Of a stretch of DNA of 64,000 nt, positions 38,623 through 50,936 are shown in pieces (the stretch's first letter is position 1; each line of letters begins with the position of its first letter). A program made the translations under genes and the position numbers. The notes beneath the pieces were generated by a model. The model ran no database searches. It worked only from the letters and a program-made list of their open reading frames with translations, and was not told where the DNA came from. Source of the stretch: an uncultured Chlamydiales bacterium (lineage in GTDB: Bacteria > Chlamydiota > Chlamydiia > Chlamydiales > JAAKFR01); the NCBI GenBank assembly GCA_963705695.1, contig CAVPKN010000016.1, positions 27,611-91,610 of the forward strand, written 5' to 3'.

Positions 38623-41074
38623 CCACTCCCTCCAATTTTTCCATTGCTAATAGGGAATCACCTTCTTTTAAATTCACTAACTTAACCCCTTGCGTCGATC
38701 TACCCACGATGCGTAGATCATTCATATTAATACGCACCGTTTGCCCACTTGCCGACATCATGACCAGTCCATCTTTGTCAGAGACAGAGAGCGCTCCAAC
38801 CACGTTTCCATTCCTCTCACTCGTGATAATCGACCTAACCCCCACTCCACCCCGGTTGGTTTGCCGGAACTCTGAAACTAATGAGCGCTTCCCATAACCA
38901 TTTTCACACACTACAAGTATTGTCTCAGCTTCATTTTTAACCACTTCACAGCCAACAACACGGTCACCGCTATCTTTTAATGTGACCCCCCTGACTCCCC
39001 TCGCACTTCTGCCCATTGGCCTTACCTTGCCATGATCAAAGCGGACAGCCATTCCATGGTGGGTAAAGAGCATCACTTGTTCCTCTCCCCCCACTAAGCG
39101 GGCAGCAATTAACTCATCCCCCTCATCGATTTCAACCGCTCGGATCCCTTTCCTTCGAGGGTTGCTAAATGACGCGAGCTCCGTTTTTTTCACGGTCCCA
39201 TTTTTAGTGGCCATGAGGATATACCGCTCGTGATCAAATTCTTTAGTATGGAGAATGGTAGCGATCCTCTCACTCTCTTGAATATCTTCAAGGAGATTGA
39301 TCAAAGGTTTCCCCTTAGAACGTCTCTCCCCTTCAGGGAGTTGCCACACCTTTAGCCAATAACACCGCCCATAATTGGTAAAGATCAAGAGGTACTCATG
39401 ATTCGAAGCCACATGGATCCCTTTTAGAGCATCCGTTTCTTTTCGAATATCGAATCCGGCCACCCCCGATCCCCCTCTCTTTTGTTCCCGGAAAAGAGAG
39501 AGAGGCATCCGTTTGACGTAATCATCTTCTGAGATGGTAATGATCACCATTTCATCGGGGATGAGATCCTCAACATCAAAATCTTCCTCAGCCGGAACGA
39601 TTTGCGTTTTACGACTTGCTTTATGCACCCTAGAGATTGCTTGGAGCTCCTCAGCAATAATCTCCTTCACCATTTTTTCCGACGCCAAAATGGCACGATA
39701 ATGGGCAATTTTTTGCAAAAGATCTTGGTATTCAGCATTGATTTTCTCTTGCTCTAATCCAGTGAGTTGATAAAGCCTAAGATCGAGTACCGCATTCGCT
39801 TGTCGTTCGGTAAATTGAAACTGGGTGATCAGAGCACTTCTAGCGGCATCGCGGCTATCGCTGGCCCGTATTGTTTTCACAACCTCATCTAAAATCGTGA
39901 TTGCCTTCAGATACCCTTCTAAAATATGTGCCCTCGCCTCTGCTTTTTGAAGCTCAAAACGGGTGCGCCGCCGGATCACTTCGATCCGGTGTGTGACCCA
40001 TGCAGAGAGCATCTGCTTGATATTCATTGTCTTTGGCAGATTCTTATCGAGCGCCAACATATTGCAGCCAAAAGTGACTTGCAGATCGGTAAATTTATAA
40101 AGCTGATTGACAGTCACATCGGGAATTTCATTTTTCTTGAGCTCTAAAACAATGCGGAGCCCATCCTTGTCCGATTCATCGCGCACATCGCTAACACCGT
40201 TCATCGTTTTGTTATTAACGAGTTCCGCCATTTGTTCGATTAAGCGCGATTTGTTGACGTTGTAGGGAATTTCATCGATAATGACCCGCTCCTTACCAGG
40301 AGTAGAAGTATTCTCCTCTACGCGGACGACCCCCCTCAAAACGATCTTTCCTTTTCCTGTATGGTACGCCTCACGGATGCCGCGGGTGCCACAAATAATC
40401 CCCCCTGTTGCAAAGTCAGGCCCCGGCATCACTTTCATGATCTCTTCAATCGTCACCTCTTTGTTTTCCAAGACAAGAAGGGTCGCTGCGATCAATTCAT
40501 TGAGATTGTGTGAGGGAATATTCGTAGCCATCCCCACTGCAATTCCGGAAGAACCGTTACACAGCAAATTGGGAAATTTTGCCGGAAAAACAAGAGGCTC
40601 GGTCTTGGTTTCGTCGTAGTTAGAAACGGTATCTACCGTTTCTTTATCGAGATCTTCCATCAGCTGCATCGCACTCGATGTCAACCGAGCCTCAGTATAG
40701 CGCATCGCGGCAGGTGGATCGCCATCGATTGAGCCAAAATTTCCTTGCCCATCAACCAAGGGGTAGCGCATTGCCCAGTCTTGCGCCATTCGCACCAGAG
40801 TGGGATAAATCACCGATTCCCCATGAGGATGGTAATCACCAGAGGTATCTCCACAAATCTTGGCGCATTTACGATGTTTAGAACCGGGGGAGAGATTGAG
40901 TTGCCGCATAGCAAACAAAATCCGCCGCTGCGAGGGCTTTAAACCATCTCGAACGTCTGGTAGGGCGCGAGAGATGATGACCGACATGGAATAGCGGAGA
41001 TAGCTCTCCTTCATTTCCTCTTCGAGATTGCGATTCACAACGACTTCGTTTTCCCTAAACGACATATTCATCAA
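38597..41074 (-). CDS. gyrA: DNA gyrase subunit A
   Basis: DGLKPSQRR, GDTSGDYHPHGESVIY (QRDR), the active-site AAMRYTE, and C-terminal beta-pinwheel repeats. Confidence 0.97.
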   Translation of the reverse strand: MMNMSFRENEVVVNRNLEEEMKESYLRYSMSVIISRALPDVRDGLKPSQRRILFAMRQLNLSPGSKHRKCAKICGDTSGDYHPHGESVIYPTLVRMAQDWAMRYPLVDGQGNFGSIDGDPPAAMRYTEARLTSSAMQLMEDLDKETVDTVSNYDETKTEPLVFPAKFPNLLCNGSSGIAVGMATNIPSHNLNELIAATLLVLENKEVTIEEIMKVMPGPDFATGGIICGTRGIREAYHTGKGKIVLRGVVRVEENTSTPGKERVIIDEIPYNVNKSRLIEQMAELVNNKTMNGVSDVRDESDKDGLRIVLELKKNEIPDVTVNQLYKFTDLQVTFGCNMLALDKNLPKTMNIKQMLSAWVTHRIEVIRRRTRFELQKAEARAHILEGYLKAITILDEVVKTIRASDSRDAARSALITQFQFTERQANAVLDLRLYQLTGLEQEKINAEYQDLLQKIAHYRAILASEKMVKEIIAEELQAISRVHKASRKTQIVPAEEDFDVEDLIPDEMVIITISEDDYVKRMPLSLFREQKRGGSGVAGFDIRKETDALKGIHVASNHEYLLIFTNYGRCYWLKVWQLPEGERRSKGKPLINLLEDIQESERIATILHTKEFDHERYILMATKNGTVKKTELASFSNPRRKGIRAVEIDEGDELIAARLVGGEEQVMLFTHHGMAVRFDHGKVRPMGRSARGVRGVTLKDSGDRVVGCEVVKNEAETILVVCENGYGKRSLVSEFRQTNRGGVGVRSIITSERNGNVVGALSVSDKDGLVMMSASGQTVRINMNDLRIVGRSTQGVKLVNLKEGDSLLAMEKLEGVDAAEQSTL

Positions 41075-41077
41075 TTC

Positions 41078-43928
<2,851 letters not shown>

Positions 43929-44002
43929 TGCCCTGTGTCGCTATAAACAAGCCAAAATATAGCCCACTCTTACTGAAACATCAAGCTCCAAATGAATCGC
44001 GA

Positions 44003-44359
44003 TTATGACCTAGGTAGTATTTCCTTTTCAATGGTACCATCAGGCCCCCGAATGCGAAGAGTATTCGAAGAATCGTGTTTTCGAATGAGTAGGTAAGCAG
44101 CACCTGCCCCAAAAATAATACTCGCTACAGCGAGGCCTGCAGCAATATATCCTTTTTCCCCTCCCCCAAAAACACCTGAAGCCAAGATACAGGCAAAAAC
44201 AATCGCAGCCACCGCTAAAACAAGGAGAATAAGCCCACCGACTTGTCTTTTATCCATGCTAAATTTATGGCCATTGGAGACGACACTTTTTTTAGGAATC
44301 TGCTCAGCTGGAGGGCTACCGCCTCCCTCTGCTTCAACTCTTGGTATTGGATCACTCAT
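44003..44359 (-). CDS. hypothetical membrane protein with a bilobed hydrophobic domain (Inc-like)
   Basis: GGLILLVLAVAAIVFACILASGVF / YIAAGLAVASIIFGAGAAYLLI are separated by GGGEKG. Confidence 0.5.
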   Translation of the reverse strand: MSDPIPRVEAEGGGSPPAEQIPKKSVVSNGHKFSMDKRQVGGLILLVLAVAAIVFACILASGVFGGGEKGYIAAGLAVASIIFGAGAAYLLIRKHDSSNTLRIRGPDGTIEKEILPRS

Positions 44360-44463
44360 ATTATACCTCTTATTATTACGGAGTTGCTTAACAACAACTC
44401 TACATCCATTTTACCTTATCTTTACATTATTTTAAAATAGCAATAATAATTTAAATTAAATAG

Positions 44464-45243
44464 TTAAACCTCGTATTTGGGTTCTGACGTCGGTTGAGAG
44501 TGAGAAGAGATCCATGTCCCCTCCCCATCTCTATCCTGAAAGGAACGCACATGGAGGGGGAGGGCGTTTTTTGCAGCAAGGAGGATCGCGCGAGGATGGA
44601 GAATACGTCCCCCTGATTGGTTCACAATGTCTAAGGCCTCGTTGTAATTGAGTTTGGGGCAGAAATTGGAGCGAGAATCGATTTTGGGGTCGTGATCGAA
44701 AATACCCGCCACATCTTTATAAAATTCCACTTTGGCCGCTCTTAAAGCGATCCCTAGTGCAACGGCTGTGGTATCGGAGCCCCCTCGCCCCAGCGTTGTG
44801 ATCTCCTTCTCCTGACTGACCCCTTGAAAACCAGCCACAATGACAAATTTTTTTTCTAATTCAGGGAGAAGGCGGAAGGGGCGGACATCGATGATTTGCG
44901 CCTCGCTATGTTGATTGGAGGTGATGATTCCCGATTGGCTCCCTGTAAAACTCACAGCCTCCTTCCCCTTGGCTGCAAGTGACATCGCCAGAAGAGCGAT
45001 GCTGATCCTCTCTCCTGTGCTGACAAGCATATCGTACTCCCTTCTCGGAGGAGAAGGATGAACGTCATGAGCCATTGTGATCAATTGATCGGTCATTCCC
45101 CCCATAGCACTAATCACGATTGCAATGTGGGGAAATTCCATTGAACGTCTGATAATCAGATCAGCGATATAGGAAAAATGGTGAGGGGTCTTAATGGCGG
45201 CCCCTCCAAATTTCATAATGAGCGTTTTACCCCGTTCTGGCAT
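44464..45243 (-). CDS. aspartokinase-like amino-acid kinase, catalytic domain only
   Basis: KFGGAAI, VISAMGGMTDQL and LGRGGSDTTAVALG motifs. At 259 aa there is no room for ACT domains. An alternative start is 45216. Confidence 0.75.
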   Translation of the reverse strand: MPERGKTLIMKFGGAAIKTPHHFSYIADLIIRRSMEFPHIAIVISAMGGMTDQLITMAHDVHPSPPRREYDMLVSTGERISIALLAMSLAAKGKEAVSFTGSQSGIITSNQHSEAQIIDVRPFRLLPELEKKFVIVAGFQGVSQEKEITTLGRGGSDTTAVALGIALRAAKVEFYKDVAGIFDHDPKIDSRSNFCPKLNYNEALDIVNQSGGRILHPRAILLAAKNALPLHVRSFQDRDGEGTWISSHSQPTSEPKYEV

Positions 45244-45257
45244 AATACTCTCAATTC

Positions 45258-45923
45258 ATGAGCCATTTCATTTTATTTTTCCATATCGCATTAGTCAGTG
45301 GGTTAACGCTGCTTGCGCTCCGCTTTGGAAAAGAGGCTATCTCTGCCTGGCTTGGAGTGCTTGCTGTAGCTATGAATCTTTTCGTGCTTAAGCAAATCAC
45401 CCTTTTCGGCCTACATGTCACGGCCAGCGATGCCTTAAGTGTAGGATATCTCTTAGGTTTGAATTTAATCCAAGAATTTTTCGGTTCAAAACAAGCGAGG
45501 AAAGCCATCTGGATCTCCCTCTTTATCGCTGCTGCCTTTGTCCTTCTCACGCAGATCCATCTTCTCTATCCTCCCAATACAAACGACACGACTCAGCTTC
45601 ATTTTTCAACTCTGTTTCAACCGATGCCTCGCTTGATTTGCGCCTCCCTATTTTCCTTTTTAGTCGCTCAGTGGATCGACCTAATTGCGTTTTCCTTCTT
45701 CAAAGAGAAATTCAAGGGGGCTTTTTTTCCTCTTCGCACCCTAATGACTCTTTTCCTTTCCCAAATCTGTGATACCCTTTTATTCACATTTTTAGGGCTT
45801 TATGGTTTAGTGGCTTCACTGAGCGACGTGATTATATTTAGTCTTTGTATCAAAGCGGTCGTCATCCTCTGTTCAACACCCTTTGCAGTACTCTCAAAAA
45901 AGGTGATGCCATCCCATGTTTAA
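45258..45923 (+). CDS. yhhQ: queuosine-precursor/queuine transporter, YhhQ (VUT/DUF165) family
   Basis: Six-TM profile with YhhQ-like motifs. An 8-nt overlap joins it to tgt. Confidence 0.7.
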   Translation: MSHFILFFHIALVSGLTLLALRFGKEAISAWLGVLAVAMNLFVLKQITLFGLHVTASDALSVGYLLGLNLIQEFFGSKQARKAIWISLFIAAAFVLLTQIHLLYPPNTNDTTQLHFSTLFQPMPRLICASLFSFLVAQWIDLIAFSFFKEKFKGAFFPLRTLMTLFLSQICDTLLFTFLGLYGLVASLSDVIIFSLCIKAVVILCSTPFAVLSKKVMPSHV

Positions 45924-47041
45924 ATTTGAAGTGCTCCATCGATCCACCCTTTCCCAAGCTAGAGTAGGAAAGATCTATACCCCACATGGCACTATCGATA
46001 CCCCAAATTTTGTCGCCGTGGGAACAAATGGGACTCTAAAAGCGCTCACCAATGAGATGGTTGATGCGATCGGTTTGCAATTGATGTTTTGTAATACTTA
46101 CCATCTTCTTCTACAACCGGGGCCGGAGATTATCAAAAAAGCAGGTGGCCTCCACTCCTTTATTAACAGAAAAACTCCTTTGATCACCGATTCTGGAGGA
46201 TTTCAAGTCTTTAGCCTTGCTTATGGCTCTGTCCATGATGAGCTGAAAAGTCGGGGGAAGAAAAAGGGAGATGGGAGTGTTTTAAAAATAGAGGAGGAGG
46301 GGGTGACTTTCCGCAGCTATCGGGGAAGGGGCTAAGATTAAGCTCACCCCTGAAAGCTCTGTTCACGTTCAAAAAGCATTGGGTGCCGATATCATTATCC
46401 CACTCGATGAACTCCCTCCCTACCACATTGCTCCAGAAGATCTCAAACGCTCTTTAGAAAGAACCCATCGATGGGAGAAGCGTTCCTTAGAGGAACATCT
46501 CAAAAGTCCCCAGAATCAAGCCATGTATGGAGTTGTGCACGGAGGGGGGGATCTGTCATTGCGAGAAGCCAGCGCCAAGTATCTGACACAACTCCCGTTT
46601 GACGGATTTGCCATCGGTGGAAGTGTCGGAAAAAACAGAGAAGAACTATTCCAAATTATCTCTTTTACACGCCCCCTCCTTCCTGATGATCAACCAAACC
46701 ACCTTCTCGGCATTGGTGACTTACCTTCCTTGGCTGCCTTAATTCCCGTAGGAATCGATACCTTTGACAGTTCCTATCCGACACGCGCTGCTCGCCACGG
46801 CCTTCTTTTGACCCACTCGGGAGGGATTAAAATTGAGCAACTCAAATACCGAGATGCCTTTACTCCCCTTGACCCCACATGCCCCTGCCTCACCTGTCAG
46901 AAATTTACCCTCGCCTATCTCCACCATCTCTTCAAAGCGAAAGAACTCACGGCTTTAACCCTCGCTTCTCTCCATAACCTCCACTTCATGGTCTCCCTCA
47001 TGGCCACCTACCGCCACAACATCCTCCACAATCTTCTTTAA
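45916..47041 (+). pseudogene. tgt: tRNA-guanine transglycosylase with one frameshift (or an assembly error)
   Basis: 45916..46335 (TPNFVAVGTNG, DSGGFQVFSL) and 46379..47041 (LGADIIIPLDE, GGLSVGE-equivalent FAIGGSVG, Zn site CPCLTC...H). The frames change near 46318-46325 next to a GGGG run. Confidence 0.8.
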
Positions 47042-47056
47042 TTCTTTGGAAGCCGA

Positions 47057-47306
47057 CTCCTTCTACTATAGCAATTCCCGCCGGTCGATTCCATCGAGTA
47101 CGCTTTATAAAAGTTTTCGTAAACTTTTTTTATATCACAAAGAACACAGAGCGCATAGAGCCGGCCAAGCCGCTTACGTGGGCCCTGGCCGATCGCTATC
47201 GCTTGTGCATGACTGCACACAAGCGATTAACTCTGTGTGCTCTGTGTTCTCTGTGGTAAAAAAATAACCGCATAAAATTGTCGGCCGGAATTGCTGCTCC
47301 TACTAT
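47057..47306. repeat. composite nested palindrome (family D), MITE-like
   Basis: AGCAATTCCCGCCGG / CGGCCGGAATTGCT outer arms, AGAACACAGAGCGCATAGAG / CTCTGTGTGCTCTGTGTTCT inner arms, and a CGCTTGTG...CACAAGCG core. Flanked by imperfect direct repeats CTCCTTCTACTAT / CTCCTACTAT. Confidence 0.6.
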
Positions 47307-47488
47307 GTTCCTCTTTTGTTTTATGGATGCAGTATTTATACTTTTCTAAAAATGAGGTGGTTATGTCATTAGTGCCAGTCAGTAAATATACAAAATTGGT
47401 ATAATTTTTTGTCTATGCGATTATAAATCCAGCCTAGAAGGGCAAATAGAGGAACCAATATCGTTAAAATTTCTTGCCAATTCATCAT

Positions 47489-47926
47489 CTACTTTTCACC
47501 TTCCAAGATTTCTTCGATAGTCCAAGGAGATTCATTAGGAAAGGTTTTTTCCTCTAAACCAGTCTGCACAGTAGCTTCTAAACGAGCATATCCATAAGCT
47601 TTATTTATTATTCTTTTTAAATGTGATTTCAAACTGGGGTTTTCTTCTATAGTATCTTTTACTTGTCTTCTTGAATGAGTTATCGATATATCCCAAGAGC
47701 TAGTGTGTCGTAAGGGTTGATAACGAATATTAAGCATATGCATCAACAAGATGGTCAAGAAACTTTCAAGTTTATCTCGTTATGATCTTCCCAATGATTC
47801 GATCTCCTCAGCCAAGTTTTCAATATCCAGTTTGTCCCAATCTCTATTTTTTAATCGTTCGGCTTGGATAAACGCCCATTGATGAAAATCTTTTTCATAG
47901 CTGTTGTTTTTATTTAAATTTTTCAT
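47489..47926 (-). pseudogene. DUF29-family protein with an in-frame TAA
   Basis: MKNLNKNNSYEKDFHQWAFIQAERLKNRDWDKLDIENLAEEIESLGRS-TAA(47782..47780)-RDKLESFLTILLMHMLNIRYQP... is colinear with DUF29 as I recall it. Confidence 0.7.
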
Positions 47927-48068
47927 TCTTCAGCCATCTTTTGCTCTATCCTCATTCCACTTATATGATAGGACCGGAATTGTTATGAATCAAGAATTTT
48001 ACTTAGTATGCATTCACAAATTGGCATAGGGCTTGCATAGTGACTCCTAAAAAATTATGGAGGAAAGT

Positions 48069-48958
48069 ATGAAGTTGAAGAAATTTTTTATTTGCTCTTT
48101 GACCCTATTCGGCTTGCAGGTTGCAGGGCATTGCAGGCAGAGTCATTGTGGCACTTATAATTGCAAGCCGAGCAACTGTGGCTCATTTGGTGGCTTATAT
48201 GTGGGTGTCGCAGGGGGAGAAGCGACTCATTTTTCAAGACAAAGAGTGGATGCAGCAGCAAGCACATTTATTGTAGATGATGACTTATTTTCGATGTTGA
48301 CTACGGAGGCACAAACCTTAAATCACAATATTTATAAAATTAAAGGCTGGGGGGAAATTTATGCAGGGTATGGTTGCCAGTTTTGCCCTCGAAAGTGTTT
48401 GAGTCCCTACCTCGGTGTCAGAATTGGAGGAAATTTCTCCCGATCCCATCTCTCTACCCACCTGCCACTCTCGGTAGTAACCGATGCGGCAATTGACGTA
48501 AGTAGTTTCACTTCGAGTGTAGCATTGGATTTATGCCTTAAAACACATCTCAAGACAGCTGAACTTACCCTCGATGCAAAGCCTGGGGTGGTCTTGTGCC
48601 GAAACACGATGCTTTTTGGGTTATTGGGTGTGGCTTTTAACCATGCAAAAGCTTCCCTGTCTGATACACTCTCTGCATCAGTTGATTTAACGACCGGTGG
48701 GTGATTACCGTCGCTCCCTCTTTTTTAAACACGCGCTCTGGCTGCGGGGCCCATTTTAGATGGGGCGTAGGATTGGAACAGAAGATTACCAAATGCCTGA
48801 GTTTAAATGGCACGTTCACCTATACCGATTATGGTAGATTACGGCTTCTTGGAACCTCTAGTACTCTTGTAGATGGTAGCGAATTTATCGTAAGTTCTGA
48901 TGCCTCTGTCCGTCTGATCCGGCAAGTGATTTCATTAGGTTTGTCCTATTATTTCTAG
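48069..48958 (+). pseudogene. outer-membrane beta-barrel protein, frameshifted near 48700
   Basis: GGAGG lies upstream of ATG 48069, followed by a signal peptide and a Cys-rich N-terminus. The second frame ends SLGLSYYF, a C-terminal aromatic beta-signal. Confidence 0.6.
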
Positions 48959-49012
48959 AAATTAAAATTAAAATTTGATACTTTTGAAATAAATAATAAT
49001 TAATTTTAAAAA

Positions 49013-49666
49013 ATGACTCAGCCGTTTTATGTGAAGGATTGTGCGCTTGCCGTTCTCTCTACGGGTGAAGCTGCCGGATCGTTAAGTGAATTGAAAGAGC
49101 GATTGAGCACGATTCCAAGTAGCTCTCTTTATTACCATTTTTGGGGGCGCCGCCTTCGTCCCTCATTTGGTCACCCTGAACTTCATAACGATTTTGCTCT
49201 CTGGACTTATCTGTGTCTCCATGACAAAGTTCTTTCAGAGCGGCTCGGTATTATCGATCCCACCGACTTTGCTGATTTGGAAGACCTCAGGGGTACTTTG
49301 CTCCATGTGTTAAGTGAAAGATTACAGGAGGAAACCCACTTTGTAGCCTGGCCCACGCAAGAGAATAAATTCCACTTCTTGGAGTCGATCATTGTGGTTT
49401 TTGATGCCTCAACAACGATCGATAAGCCTGCAGATCTAAAGATCCACTTGCCCTCTTTCACTCATACCTCCCTTTTTTACCATTTTATCGATGCCAGAAG
49501 AAGAACCGCTTCATCAAGAGATGATTTTAGTGTTTGGCTTCAAGAAGAGGGAGGTCCTGAATACGATGAACTGGTAAACAAGATCCAGCACATCGACCCC
49601 TATTTTCTTTCATTGCATGAACAAAAGCACAAATTGATAGAGATCATCAATCGACATTTTATATGA
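49013..49666 (+). CDS. hypothetical protein (resembles DUF5752-type proteins found next to treT; from memory)
   Basis: FYVKDCALAV...SLYYHFWG...HNDFALW pattern. ATGA overlap with treT. Confidence 0.6.
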   Translation: MTQPFYVKDCALAVLSTGEAAGSLSELKERLSTIPSSSLYYHFWGRRLRPSFGHPELHNDFALWTYLCLHDKVLSERLGIIDPTDFADLEDLRGTLLHVLSERLQEETHFVAWPTQENKFHFLESIIVVFDASTTIDKPADLKIHLPSFTHTSLFYHFIDARRRTASSRDDFSVWLQEEGGPEYDELVNKIQHIDPYFLSLHEQKHKLIEIINRHFI

Positions 49667-50916
49667 ATAATTTATTAGAACAATATGCGGCTCTTCTGGG
49701 TAGTGATGTAGCACATCAGCTTGAACAAACGGTAGTTCCGTTAGAAGGAAAAAAAATTGTTCATGTGAGTTCAACTCGGGAGGGAGGAGGGGTTGCAGAA
49801 ATTTTAAACAAAATGGTCCCATTGACTAACTCCCTTGGGATCAAAACAGATTGGGAAATCATCAAAGGAAATGAGCCGTTTTTCCAAACGACCAAATTAT
49901 TTCACAATCTTCTTCAAGGAATGGCCGAAGCGTTTCCTTCAGCAGTTGCCTTACAAAATTATGAGAAAATCAATCAGGAAAATGGAGAGATGCTGCGATC
50001 GCAGATAGAAAGCGCGGACATCGTACTCGTTCACGATCCGCAACCTCTTGCGCTCATCGATCATTTCCCAAATCGCAAGAACAAATGGATTTGGCGCTGC
50101 CATATCGATCTCTCCCCCGCTCCTGCTGATCTATGGAACTATTTGCGCACCTTTATAGATAAATATGACGCCAGTATTTTTTCACTCGAAGATTTTGTGC
50201 GCCCCCTTCCCCACCCCATTTATTTGATCCCACCTAGTATCGATCCATTAAGTGAAAAAAATATTGAGATCGATGAGATTGAGGTTAAAAACTTATATAG
50301 CAGTTATCAGATCGATCCGGAGCGTCCCATTATTGCACAAATTTCCCGCTTTGATCGTTTTAAAGACCCTGTTGGCGTGATTCACGCCTATCGATTGGCG
50401 AAAAAATATTCCCCCTCGCTTCAACTCGTTTTAGCCGGTGGCGGCGCCTCCGATGATCCAGAGGCAGCCAAAATTCTTGAAGAGGTCAAAGCCGCCAGTG
50501 AAAACGATCCCGATATCCATATCCTATTCTTACCGCCAGCACCTCGGGTGATCAATTGCTTGCAACGAGGTGCCGATATTGTTTTGCAAAAATCAATCAA
50601 AGAAGGATTTGGATTAACAATCACAGAAGCTCTTTGGAAATTAAAACCGGTGATTGGGGGAAATACGGGAGGAATTCGCCTTCAAGTTTTTGACCATTAT
50701 ACCGGTTTTTTAGTGAATACCCCCGAGGGTGCAGCCTTGCGTATCCGCCATCTGCTCCAAAACCCACACTTGCGGCAAGAATTGGGAAGGAATGGAAAGC
50801 TACTTGTTAAAGAGAACTTTTTGATCACAAAGCATTTAAGACACTATTTGACGGTGATGATCTCACTTTTATTTCCCAAGGGGGATCGGATTGATTTAAG
50901 CCAGCCCCGACCATAA
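49663..50916 (+). CDS. treT: trehalose glycosyltransferring synthase (TreT-like GT4)
   Basis: Colinear with archaeal TreT as I recall it: HVSSTREGGGVAEIL, FHNLLQG, VHDPQP, WRCHIDLS, PPSIDPLSEKN, SRFDRFKDP, SIKEGFGLTITEALWK. Confidence 0.85.
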   Translation: MNNLLEQYAALLGSDVAHQLEQTVVPLEGKKIVHVSSTREGGGVAEILNKMVPLTNSLGIKTDWEIIKGNEPFFQTTKLFHNLLQGMAEAFPSAVALQNYEKINQENGEMLRSQIESADIVLVHDPQPLALIDHFPNRKNKWIWRCHIDLSPAPADLWNYLRTFIDKYDASIFSLEDFVRPLPHPIYLIPPSIDPLSEKNIEIDEIEVKNLYSSYQIDPERPIIAQISRFDRFKDPVGVIHAYRLAKKYSPSLQLVLAGGGASDDPEAAKILEEVKAASENDPDIHILFLPPAPRVINCLQRGADIVLQKSIKEGFGLTITEALWKLKPVIGGNTGGIRLQVFDHYTGFLVNTPEGAALRIRHLLQNPHLRQELGRNGKLLVKENFLITKHLRHYLTVMISLLFPKGDRIDLSQPRP

Positions 50917-50936
50917 AAAACCAGCGTATAAAAAAT

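Noticed and set aside
47371-47487. 39-aa hydrophobic ORF (MMNWQEILTILVPLFALLGWIYNR...) immediately downstream of the DUF29 pseudogene
   Set aside because: It is plausible as a small membrane peptide, but it has no RBS and no comparative support. It is too short to call from sequence alone.
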